From Candidatus Binatia bacterium (lineage in GTDB: Bacteria; Desulfobacterota; Binatia; HRBIN30): a stretch of 64,000 nucleotides of DNA. How positions within the stretch are numbered: the first letter of the stretch is position 1; each line of letters begins with the position of its first letter. A model generated the notes under the pieces. That model searched no databases and was not told where the DNA came from. It saw only the letters and a program-made list of their open reading frames with translations. The stretch spans positions 1-64,000 of the forward strand of contig JBBRSP010000027.1 in assembly GCA_038245295.1 (NCBI GenBank). Direction: 5' to 3'. The position numbers and the translations under genes were made by a program. Below are positions 1 to 9,667 of the stretch, piece by piece.

Positions 1-40
1 GATGGAAATCTAAGCTCAGTTGTGGAACACACTCTGTCAT
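1..40 (-). CDS. IS1380-family transposase, N-terminal 13 codons only (runs off window)
   Basis: My translation is MTECVPQLSLDFH, typical of IS1380 transposase N-termini, with a strong RBS at 45-52. Not in the ORF track. Confidence 0.72.
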   Translation of the reverse strand, partial: MTECVPQLSLDFH

Positions 41-137
41 CGGCCCCTCCCCGCGTCCAACCGCCAAAACCTTAGTCAGTTGCAGTGGTTATCACGGATG
101 GGGCCGATGCTTTAGATCTCCACGTGAATTATCCGGG
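1..137 (-). mobile_element. Left end of an IS1380-family insertion sequence, continuing beyond the window
   Basis: The minus strand begins CCCGGATAATTCAC (137-124), resembling IS1380 terminal inverted repeats. It is followed by a GGGGAGG RBS and an ATG at 40. RAYT-like coding sequence resumes abruptly at 138. Confidence 0.75.
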
Positions 138-695
138 CTAAACCAAGCCTGGGAACGGCTGACGGTTCCGGTGCTCGACTACTGCCTGATGCCGACGCAC
201 TGGCACCTCATTCTTTTTCCGATCGGCGACCGCGACCTAACCGCGTTCATGACCTGGCTTGAGCAGACGCACGTGATGCGTTGGCACTCCCATCATGGAA
301 CCGGAGGGACGGGGCATCTCTACCAAGGGCGGTTCCGCTCCGTCGCCATCCAAGACGACGAACACTTCTTGACAGCCTGTCGTTATGTGGAGCGCAACCC
401 GGTGCGTGCCGGGCTTGTTTCGCGCGCCGAACACTGGCGTTGGTCATCTGCGTGGTGGAGAGAGCATCCCCAGCGTACACCACCCGTGCCGTTGGCCGAA
501 TGGCCGGTTGAACGCCCCCTGGACTGGCTTGATCGTGTGAATGAGCCCCTCTCCGCGGCTGAAATCGAGGCCGTGAGGGAATGTATCAGGCGTGGTCGTC
601 CATATGGGACCGCTGGTTGGCAGACCTACACGGCGCGACGCCTCGGCCTGGAGGCAACTCTGCGGCCACGCGGACGCCCACGACGCCGGGGATGA
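138..695 (+). pseudogene. REP-associated tyrosine transposase (RAYT, Y1/HUH), 5'-truncated by IS insertion
   Basis: Motifs YCLMPTHWHL (HUH), GHLYQGRF, RYVERNPVRAGL (catalytic Tyr), WRWSS and an RPRGRP tail. In-frame LNQAWERLTVPV extends back to 138, but the usual N-terminal YHV..RG segment is absent. Confidence 0.85.
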
Positions 696-703
696 CGCAA
701 CGA

Positions 704-727
704 GAAAAGGGGACAGGACCCGTTTTC
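704..727 (+). repeat. REP-like palindrome copy 1 (GAAAAGGGGACAGGACCCGTTTTC)
   Basis: Imperfect hairpin 8 nt after the RAYT stop codon. Two further copies lie nearby. Confidence 0.8.
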
Positions 728-998
728 GGGGCGTCCGTCGACTCAGCAGCGGCCGAAACTTCCATCCGAAAAGGATTGTTGTTTCTGCCGTAGCGCGTCG
801 TCTCGCTAGGCGGACAGAATCGCCGGCACGTTCACTCATTGACGCCAGCAGCGCGCTTCGGCAAAAGCCCGAGACGCCCCGCGGTGCTTGCCATGCGGTG
901 CATCAGAGGACGACATCGACTACCAAATGATCGGGGCGATGAAAACATACCACCTTTCGTGGGCTAGAGTTCGAGTCCAAGCCTGGTGGTCAACCGCA

Positions 999-1022
999 GA
1001 AAAGGGGACAGGACCCTTTATC
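999..1022 (+). repeat. REP-like palindrome copy 2 (GAAAAGGGGACAGGACCCTTTATC)
   Basis: First 18 nt are identical to copy 1. Confidence 0.8.
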
Positions 1023-1063
1023 AGGCGGCGGCAAGTTGGCGGAACACCTGAGGTCCGGCGCGA

Positions 1064-1085
1064 GAAAACGGGGGCAGGACCCTTT
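1064..1085 (+). repeat. REP-like palindrome copy 3 (GAAAACGGGGGCAGGACCCTTT)
   Basis: Degenerate copy sharing GAAAA..GGG.CAGGACCC. Confidence 0.7.
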
Positions 1086-1243
1086 GGAGCGGGCGCCCCG
1101 GCGAACGCGACGAAGACGCAGGTGCCGGTTGCTCGTTTTGACGGAACGCGATCGCGGCGGTGCCAATACGCGAGTCATCGTGGTCAGAGATGCGGAGCTA
1201 GAGCCAACGGTTCCCTGAAGCTGGCACGGCAAGGAGATGCTAC

Positions 1244-3712
1244 GTGACACAATCCGCTGAAACGCTACTCGGAGGTCTTCGCGTTCTCGATCTGTCCGAC
1301 CACCGCGGTCTCTTGTGCGGCCAGATCCTGGCCGACCTCGGCGCTGACGTGATCCAGATTGAACCGCCCCGCGGGTCTCCGGCGCGGGGTATCGGGCCCT
1401 TCTACCAGGGCAAGGCGCACCCCGAACGCTCTCTTACCTGGTGGGCCTACACGCGCAACAAACGAAGCGTCGTGGTGGATCTTGAGACGGCGGCGGGCCA
1501 GGCGACCTTTCGTCTGCTGGTGCAATCGGCCGACTTTGTCATCGAATCTTTCCGCGGCGACGAACTGGGCCGCTTGGGACTTGGGTACGATGAGTTGGCG
1601 CGGCTGAACCCGCGGCTAATCTATGTGGCGATCACGGCGTTCGGGCGCAGCGGTCCGAAGGCCGCCTACGCGGATACGGATCTGATCGTCCTTGCGGCGG
1701 GTGGTCCACTGGCACTCACCGGCGACGCCGATCGGGCGCCACTGCGGATCTCGGTGCCGCAGGCCTATATGCATGCCGCCAGCGACGCCGCGGCCGCCGC
1801 TCTGATTGCCCACCACGAGCGCGCCCGATCCGGTCTTGGTCAGGCCATCGAAGTCTCGGCGCAACAGTCGGTGGCTCTGGCGACGCAGTCGACGATCCTG
1901 TCGACAGGGGTTGGCTTCGTTGCCTCCCAACGCATGTCCGGCGGTACCCGACTCGGGCCCCTATCGTCGCAGCTCGTTTACCCGGCAAAGGATGGATACG
2001 TCTCCATCACCCTTCTCTTCGGTTCGGCCTTCGGTCGGGCGACACGTCGATTGTTCGAATACATCTACGAACACGGCGGCTGCGACGCCGCGACGCGCGA
2101 CAAGGATTGGATCTTCTACTTCGAGCACATGATGACGGGGGAGGAGTCGTTCGACGAGTACGATCGCGTCAAGCGCGTCGTGGCCGAGTTCACCACTCGG
2201 CACACCAAGGCGGACCTCCTGGCGGCGGGTTTGGAACGCGGCCTGCTGATCGCCCCGGTGACGACGACCGCTGAAGTTGTCGACAGCCCGCAGCTTGCCG
2301 CGCGAAACTTCTTTGCGCCGGTCGAACACGGCGATCTCGGTACGTCGATCCGCTACCCTGGGGCCTTTGCCCGCTTCTCGGAGACGCCCATCATCACGCA
2401 ACGGCGCCCCCCGCACATCGGTGAGCACACCAGGGAAGTTCTCGCCGAGAGCGATCGGACGATGCCGGCCGCAGCGGCCCCGGCGCACATCGAGGTCATC
2501 GACCCGCGACCCTTGGCCGGTGTGAAGATCCTGGATTTCATGTGGGCCATTGCCGGACCCGCCGCGACTCGCATCTTGGCTGACTACGGCGCGACCATTG
2601 TGCGCGTCGAGACCGCTTCGCATCCGGATGCCTGCCGCACATTGCCGCCATTTCTGAATGCCCAGATCGGCCCCGACACCTCGGTGCTGTTTCACAACAT
2701 GAACGCCGGCAAGCTAATGCTCAGCCTCGATCTGTCGAAGCCTGAGGCACGCCCCGTTGTGCTCGATCTGGTGCGTTGGGCCGATGTTGTGTGCGAGTCG
2801 TTCTCACCTAAGGCTATGCGCCATTGGGGATTTACCTATGACCAGCTGCGCGACGTGAACCCCGAGATTGTCATGCTGAGCACGTGCCTGATGGGTCAAA
2901 CGGGACCACTGTCGCAGTTTGCCGGCTTCGGGAACCTCGCCGGCGCAATCACCGGTTTCTATGAGCTCTGCGGCTGGCCGGATCGTGCGCCGGCTGGACC
3001 GTTTGGGGCCTATACGGACTATATCGCGCCACGATTCAACGCCGCTGCGGTTCTGGCCGCCCTGGAATATCGTCGGCGGACCGGCAAGGGTCAGCACATC
3101 GACCTGTCGCAGGCCGAGGCCGCCGCGTCGTTTCTGGCGCCGGCCTTGCTCGACTATACGGCAAACGGCCGTGTGTGGTCGCGCGTCGGCAATGCCGATG
3201 CGAGTCTGGCACCGCACGGCGTCTACCCAAGCCATGGCGACGACTGCTGGGTTGCGATTGCCGTCGAGACACGGCGGCAATGGCGCGGTTTGTGTGACGT
3301 AATCGGCCGCAGCTCGTGGGGCGACGAGCCGCGCCTGGCAACCGCAGCCGATCGACGTGTCTGCCTCGACGAGATCGACGCCGCCATCACGGCCTGGACG
3401 ACGACCGTCGACATGCGCGCTGCCGAGACGGAGCTGCAGGCGCGCCAGGTTCCAGCACACGCCGTGCAAACCAGCACCGAATTGTGCGACGATCCACAGC
3501 TGCGACATCAGCAACACTTCGTGACCCTACATCATCCCGAGCAGGGGCCGATGCTTCTGGAAGGTTCGCGCTTTCGTTTGTCGCGGACGCCGGCCCAGGT
3601 GGGGGGCAGCGCGGCGACCTTCGGACGTGACAACCAAAAGGTCCTCGCGGACCTGCTCGGGTACGACGAAAACCGAATTACCGAGCTCGTCATCGCCGAA
3701 GTGTTGCAATAG
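1244..3712 (+). CDS. Tandem two-domain family III CoA-transferase (CaiB/BaiF)
   Basis: Two repeats of the signature: LRVLDLS..LADLGADVIQIEPP..RNKRS and LAGVKILDF..LADYGATIVRVE. AAGGAG RBS before the GTG start. Confidence 0.93.
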   Translation: MTQSAETLLGGLRVLDLSDHRGLLCGQILADLGADVIQIEPPRGSPARGIGPFYQGKAHPERSLTWWAYTRNKRSVVVDLETAAGQATFRLLVQSADFVIESFRGDELGRLGLGYDELARLNPRLIYVAITAFGRSGPKAAYADTDLIVLAAGGPLALTGDADRAPLRISVPQAYMHAASDAAAAALIAHHERARSGLGQAIEVSAQQSVALATQSTILSTGVGFVASQRMSGGTRLGPLSSQLVYPAKDGYVSITLLFGSAFGRATRRLFEYIYEHGGCDAATRDKDWIFYFEHMMTGEESFDEYDRVKRVVAEFTTRHTKADLLAAGLERGLLIAPVTTTAEVVDSPQLAARNFFAPVEHGDLGTSIRYPGAFARFSETPIITQRRPPHIGEHTREVLAESDRTMPAAAAPAHIEVIDPRPLAGVKILDFMWAIAGPAATRILADYGATIVRVETASHPDACRTLPPFLNAQIGPDTSVLFHNMNAGKLMLSLDLSKPEARPVVLDLVRWADVVCESFSPKAMRHWGFTYDQLRDVNPEIVMLSTCLMGQTGPLSQFAGFGNLAGAITGFYELCGWPDRAPAGPFGAYTDYIAPRFNAAAVLAALEYRRRTGKGQHIDLSQAEAAASFLAPALLDYTANGRVWSRVGNADASLAPHGVYPSHGDDCWVAIAVETRRQWRGLCDVIGRSSWGDEPRLATAADRRVCLDEIDAAITAWTTTVDMRAAETELQARQVPAHAVQTSTELCDDPQLRHQQHFVTLHHPEQGPMLLEGSRFRLSRTPAQVGGSAATFGRDNQKVLADLLGYDENRITELVIAEVLQ

Positions 3713-4723
<1,011 letters not shown>

Positions 4724-4840
4724 TCGCGGCCCTAGCAGCTCATCCTTGCGGCACGATTTGGAAAACCGGGCAAACCAGGCGGTCCACCGAGCCTCAGCCA
4801 GTCGAAATCAATCGCTGGCCGGAATTCGGGGTGCGCTGCG

Positions 4841-5875
4841 ATGATACGACGCTGGCCGATCACGTCTCTCGTTCTCACCCTGGCGTTGGTGGCGGCGGCG
4901 TGGTGGTTTCAACCCGGGACAATGGGGCCAACCGAGACGGTGCTGATGCCCGTAACGCGTCCCCAGTCCCCCAACCGGGTCACTCCCGCTTCGCGCCGCG
5001 ACACACCCGATGTGCCGGTTGCCGCCGGTTGGGCAAAAACGCCAGACGGCAAAGTGCCGGGAGCGCCGCCGGTGCCAAACTCGTTGCGGGACACCGACAG
5101 CGATGGCGCACTCGAGGCCGACCGCGCCGGTCACCTGATCATCACCCCCGAGGTGCGGCGCTTCTTCGACTATCACCTGAGCACCGCCGGCGAAGAGCCG
5201 ATGAGCGCGACGCGGCAGCGGCTGCGCCGGGCGATTGAGGAGCGTCTGCCGGCGGGAACGGTGCGCGAAGCGACGGATCTACTCGAGGTATACTTACGTT
5301 ACCGAGAGTTGGTTGCGGCATTGCCCGCCGGGCGCGACGATCCTGCCGCCTTGGCGCAACGCGTCGAACAGTTGCGGAATCTGCGCCGTAGCGTCTTCGG
5401 TGAGCGCGTCGCGGCAGCCCTGTTCGGCGAGGAAGACGAGCGCGATACGGTAGTCGCCGAGATGCATCGTGTCGCCGCCGACGAGTCTTTGTCGCCTGAG
5501 CAGCGTCGGGTTGCCATCGAGGAGCTGGAGGAGAAGCTACCACCGACCGAACGGCAAGCCCGCCAGCAAGCCTTCGGACCGTTGCGGATGATGCAGGACG
5601 AACAAGCGCTACGTGACGCGGGTGGTTCGGAAGAGGAAGTGCGGCTGCTGCGCGAGCAGCGCTTCGGTGCCGACGCCGCCGATCGCCTCTCCGGGCTCGA
5701 TCGCGAACAGCGCGAGTGGAAGAAACGCTACGACGAGTATCGCGCCGAGTTCGCCAAGCTCGGGGCGCTCAGCGGCGACAAACGCGCCGCCGCCATCGCC
5801 ACCCTGCGCGGCAAGCGATTCAACGAGCAAGAGCGAATCCGCGTCGAAGCGTTGGATCAGATCCAGCCCAACTGA
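4841..5875 (+). CDS. Lipase-specific foldase (Lif chaperone)
   Basis: N-terminal membrane anchor and Pro-rich linker, then SLRDTDSDG and RRFFDYHLSTAGE, matching the Lif motif RxxFDYxL(S/T)A. Lies directly downstream of the lipase. Confidence 0.92.
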   Translation: MIRRWPITSLVLTLALVAAAWWFQPGTMGPTETVLMPVTRPQSPNRVTPASRRDTPDVPVAAGWAKTPDGKVPGAPPVPNSLRDTDSDGALEADRAGHLIITPEVRRFFDYHLSTAGEEPMSATRQRLRRAIEERLPAGTVREATDLLEVYLRYRELVAALPAGRDDPAALAQRVEQLRNLRRSVFGERVAAALFGEEDERDTVVAEMHRVAADESLSPEQRRVAIEELEEKLPPTERQARQQAFGPLRMMQDEQALRDAGGSEEEVRLLREQRFGADAADRLSGLDREQREWKKRYDEYRAEFAKLGALSGDKRAAAIATLRGKRFNEQERIRVEALDQIQPN

Positions 5876-5883
5876 GTCGGGGA

Positions 5884-7236
5884 TCAGGGTATCACGAATC
5901 CGTCACGGCGGGCCATGGCGCGCAATTCCTCGAGCTCGGGACGCTGCGTCGCCAGTTCGGCGCCACACATCATGCCGAAGGGTCCATCCGGAACGTCGAA
6001 ATGCGGCACCGAGAGATTCTTGGGCCTCGTGAAGTCGAGGGCGCGGGCAATGTTGTTGGCCGTCCGGTCACGCACGGTCAGGGGCTCGAGGTTCCAACGC
6101 CATTCAATCATGTTGAGGATCGAGGTATGGTCGTATTGCTGGTGACCAACAAAGCCACGGCGCGCCAGCGGTGACATGATGATACACGGCACACGGAAGC
6201 CGAGTCGTCCATCGTTGCCAAGGTCGGCGTCGAGGCTGGTTTGCGGCGCCAGAGGTGGCGGCACATGATCGAAGAAGCCGCCCCATTCATCGTAGTTGAT
6301 GATGAAAACCGTATCGGGCCAGTTGGGGCTCGCGGTCAACGCCTCATAGATCTGATTCACGAAGGCCTGGCCATTGCGAATATCGGCGAGCGGGTGATCA
6401 TCGCCGGAGAGGCCGATGCCCTCACCGCCGAAAACGGGGTCGATGTAGGTCAGCTTCGATAGATTACCGGCGGCCGCGTCGGTGAAGAACTGCGTCAGCG
6501 GCCGGCTTGCCTGCGCCGCCTTACCACCGATGAGGGCCGTGACCGGTACATCGCTGTAGTAGTATCGAGCGCTCAGGTTGGCGCCGGCGAGTCGATCCCA
6601 GATGCTCGTCAACTTGGAACGCTCCGCGGTGTTGGTGATGCGATCGGTCTGCGCCGTGTGCATGTAGAAGCGGTTGGGATACGTCGGGCCGAGGATGGCT
6701 GCGAAGTAGCGGTCGAAGGTCGTCCAGGCCGGAACCGCCGGGCCATAGAAGGACAGGTCCCGCTGCGAGTAGTAGCCGATCGGGAAGACGTCGTTCGTCT
6801 TGGCCTGCAGCCAACCATCGGCGGCGCCATTGTTGAACTGCTGGCGACCGCCGCCGTAGGAGTGATCCGGATCGGCGTACCGGCAATTCTGGAAGTCGGG
6901 GGCGAGGGCGAACGATTGTTGGCGCGCGCCGTGTTTGTCGAGGTAACTGAGGCCGGCCTGTTTGCCGTCGGCGCCAGGAACCCACCCCAGGAAGTGATCG
7001 AAGGAGCGGTTCTCCATCATCAGGACGACGACGTGCTCGATGCCCGACGTGGCCGGATCCGGTAACGGCTGCAGCTCCGGATCCGCCGCCACCATCGAGT
7101 CCTCTTCACCACAGCCACCGAGGGCGAGTGCGCCGGTGGCCACGGCAACCCCGGCCAGGAACTCGCGCCGCGTAAATTCGTTGCCGAGCGCCGACGATAC
7201 CCGCGGCCGCTCCCGGTCGTCTGGACGTTTACTCAT
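5884..7236 (-). CDS. Tat-exported phosphoesterase / phospholipase C family protein, possible lipoprotein
   Basis: TRREFL twin-arginine motif, LALGGC lipobox-like sequence, IEHVVVLMMENRSFDH, TYPNR, YDEWGGFFDHVPPP and YDHTS. Confidence 0.9.
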   Translation of the reverse strand: MSKRPDDRERPRVSSALGNEFTRREFLAGVAVATGALALGGCGEEDSMVAADPELQPLPDPATSGIEHVVVLMMENRSFDHFLGWVPGADGKQAGLSYLDKHGARQQSFALAPDFQNCRYADPDHSYGGGRQQFNNGAADGWLQAKTNDVFPIGYYSQRDLSFYGPAVPAWTTFDRYFAAILGPTYPNRFYMHTAQTDRITNTAERSKLTSIWDRLAGANLSARYYYSDVPVTALIGGKAAQASRPLTQFFTDAAAGNLSKLTYIDPVFGGEGIGLSGDDHPLADIRNGQAFVNQIYEALTASPNWPDTVFIINYDEWGGFFDHVPPPLAPQTSLDADLGNDGRLGFRVPCIIMSPLARRGFVGHQQYDHTSILNMIEWRWNLEPLTVRDRTANNIARALDFTRPKNLSVPHFDVPDGPFGMMCGAELATQRPELEELRAMARRDGFVIP

Positions 7237-7417
7237 TCGCGAGTGCCTCCGTTGTGAGTGTGGGCGATATCATATCTGGGCGCCATGTTTGTAGGGTTAC
7301 GTTCAAATGACATTGCTGACTTGTCCTGTTGCCCGATGCCCCTGACTGCGCGCTCCAACGGAACGCAATCGAGCCGGCGCTGGACTTAACTTAGTCTCCG
7401 CACTAATCGAGGCGGTC

Positions 7418-8863
7418 ATGGCTGATCAATTTGCTGATCTGGATGCGACGGCGCAAGCCGAGCTGGTGCGGCGCGGGCAAGTTACGCCGCTCGAGCTCGT
7501 CGACGCCGCCATCGCGCGTATCGAAAACCTCAATCCGCAACTCAACGCTGTGATCATCCCGCTGTTCGAGAAGGCGCGCCACCAAGCGCAGGCCGTGTTG
7601 CCGGATGGGCCGTTCCGCGGCGTGCCGTTTGTGATCAAAGACCTGACCTGCACGACCGGTGGCGATCCCTACCACGCCGGCATGAAGCTCCTGAAAGACC
7701 TGAACTGGAAGGCCGAGCACGACAGTTATCTGGCTGCCAAATTTCGCAACGCCGGTTTGATCTGTGTCGGACGCGCCAATACGCCGGAGCTGGGGCCGAT
7801 CCCGACGACTGAGCCGGTGTCCTATGGCCCGACACATAATCCGTGGAATCTCGATCATTCTCCGGGCGGTTCGAGTGGCGGCTCGGCGGCGTCGGTGGCG
7901 GCGCGGCTGGTGCCGCTGGCGCACGGCAATGACGGCGGCGGCTCGATCCGCATCCCCGCCAGTTCGAATGGGCTCGTTGGGTTGAAGCCGTCACGCGGTC
8001 GCACATCGCTCGGGCCCGATCTCTCCGAATCGTGGAACGGCGCCATCATCGAGCACGTCATCACCCAATCGGTTCGCGATACGGCAGCGGTCCTCGATCA
8101 AGTGCACGGCTACATGCCGGGCGACATGTACTGCGCGCCGGCGCCGAACCGACCGTACAGCGAAGAGGTCGGCGGCAATCCCGGCCGTTTGCGTATTGGT
8201 TTGCTGACCCATGTTCCGTCCGGAATTGCCGTGGTGCACCCCGAGTGTGTGCGCGCGACCAAGGCGGCCGCCGAGCTGCTTGCCTCGCTTGGGCATGTCG
8301 TTGAGGAGGCGTACCCGCCGGCGTTGGCCGAGCCCGAGTTCCAGACGGCGTTCGGGCAGGTGGTGACGGCGTGGGTAGCGCGCGACCTTGCCTACTGGAG
8401 CTCCAAGACGGGTAAGACGATTGGACCCGCCGACGTCGAACCACACACATGGACACTTGCCGAGATGGGCCGCACCGTATCGGTGACGCAGTATCTCGAG
8501 GCGAGTGCATGGCTGCAGGGATGGATCCGTCGCAACGAGAGCTGGTGGCACAATGGCTTCGATCTGCTGTTGACGCCGACGATGGCGGAGCCGCCGGTTC
8601 GTCTCGGCGAGATGGTCGGCACCGCGGCTGATCCGATGCGCGGCTTCCTGCGCAGCACCTCGTACGTTGTGTTCACGGCGCCGTTCAACGTCAGCGGCCA
8701 GCCGGGCATCTCGCTGCCGTTGCATTGGACGCCGGAAGGGCTGCCGGTGGGCGTGCAGCTCGTCGCTGCCTATGGCCGTGAGGATTTGCTGATCCGCGTT
8801 GCCTCGCAGGTTGAACAAGCTCAGCCGTGGGCTGGGCGCAAACCAAAGGTGTGTGCGGCATGA
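7418..8863 (+). CDS. Amidase signature family enzyme
   Basis: GVPFVIKDL, PGGSSGGSAA and GNDGGGSIRIPA give the Ser-cisSer-Lys triad. Confidence 0.95.
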   Translation: MADQFADLDATAQAELVRRGQVTPLELVDAAIARIENLNPQLNAVIIPLFEKARHQAQAVLPDGPFRGVPFVIKDLTCTTGGDPYHAGMKLLKDLNWKAEHDSYLAAKFRNAGLICVGRANTPELGPIPTTEPVSYGPTHNPWNLDHSPGGSSGGSAASVAARLVPLAHGNDGGGSIRIPASSNGLVGLKPSRGRTSLGPDLSESWNGAIIEHVITQSVRDTAAVLDQVHGYMPGDMYCAPAPNRPYSEEVGGNPGRLRIGLLTHVPSGIAVVHPECVRATKAAAELLASLGHVVEEAYPPALAEPEFQTAFGQVVTAWVARDLAYWSSKTGKTIGPADVEPHTWTLAEMGRTVSVTQYLEASAWLQGWIRRNESWWHNGFDLLLTPTMAEPPVRLGEMVGTAADPMRGFLRSTSYVVFTAPFNVSGQPGISLPLHWTPEGLPVGVQLVAAYGREDLLIRVASQVEQAQPWAGRKPKVCAA

Positions 8864-9513
8864 GTCTCTCTGTTGATCTCTTCTGGTCGTTTCGCAGTCC
8901 CTACTCGTATCTGGCGACGCCGCGGCTGAACGCGCTGCAGAAGGAGTACGACTTCGACGTCAATGTTCGTATCGTGTTCCCCATCGCAGTGCGCATCGAG
9001 GGATTCTTCGATCGTGTCAACCCGCTGTGGCCGCCGTATCTAATGCGCGACACCTATCGCACCGCCCAGTACCACGGCCTCCCGTACGGTTGGCCGCAGC
9101 CCGACCCCATCGTACAGGACTTCTCGACGCGCCAGGTCTCGAAGGACCAGCCATACATCTATCGCTTGTGCCGACTGGGCGTCGAAGCGACGCACCGGGG
9201 CAAAGGCATGCCGTTCATTACGCAAATCTCGCGCGTCATCTTTGGCGGTGACATCGTTGGCTGGCACGAGGGAGATCATCTCGCCAAGGCAACGGCGAGA
9301 GCCGGCCTCGACCTCGCCGATCTTGATGCGGCCATCGCCAAGGACCCGGCCAGCTACGACAAGATCATCGACCAGAACCAGAAGGATCTCGAGACCGCCG
9401 GCCACTGGGGCGTGCCGACGATGGTCTTCAAGGACGAGCCGTTCTTCGGTCAGGATCGTATCGACATGCTCATGTGGCGCATGAAGCAGCACGGCCTCGT
9501 GACGCGAGGCTAA
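8860..9513 (+). CDS. DsbA-like 2-hydroxychromene-2-carboxylate isomerase / kappa-GST family protein
   Basis: FWSFRSPYSYLA and GVPTMVF..EPFFGQDR. ATGA overlap with the amidase stop. Confidence 0.88.
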   Translation: MSLSVDLFWSFRSPYSYLATPRLNALQKEYDFDVNVRIVFPIAVRIEGFFDRVNPLWPPYLMRDTYRTAQYHGLPYGWPQPDPIVQDFSTRQVSKDQPYIYRLCRLGVEATHRGKGMPFITQISRVIFGGDIVGWHEGDHLAKATARAGLDLADLDAAIAKDPASYDKIIDQNQKDLETAGHWGVPTMVFKDEPFFGQDRIDMLMWRMKQHGLVTRG

Positions 9514-9524
9514 CCGCAAACGAC

Positions 9525-9551
9525 TCACGGCGGAGACACGGAGCCTCGGAG
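9525..9551. repeat. Short ~8-bp period repeat (CACGGCGGAG ACACGGAG CCTCGGAG)
   Basis: Tandem ..CGGAG units just after a stop codon, followed by a GC hairpin at about 9553-9582. Related to the reverse complement of 56206-56231. Confidence 0.5.
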
Positions 9552-9667
9552 CCAGGCGGAGTCGAGTCTTCCCTCCGTCTTGCCATTTCCGACGGCGATG
9601 GTAATTGCCTCCGCCTGCCACGTGCCGCTGGCCTGCCCAGCGGCGTGGCGCACACGGACGAATACCC

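Noticed and set aside
704..1085. Three repeats as a mini-CRISPR
   Set aside because: Spacing is irregular (295 and 65 bp start to start), there are no cas genes, and adjacency to a RAYT explains them better.
1221..1240. TGGCACGG as a sigma-54 promoter for the CoA-transferase
   Set aside because: There is no GC at the -12 position, and the site overlaps the RBS.
728..1243. ORFs 592-930, 888-1247 and 990-1250
   Set aside because: They run through REP-like repeats, are Arg/Ala-rich and have no motifs or clear RBS. At most they are gene remnants.
4755..4830. GGGCAAACC as a c-di-GMP-I riboswitch
   Set aside because: The GNRA-capped P2 and the downstream GACGCAAAGC elements are missing.
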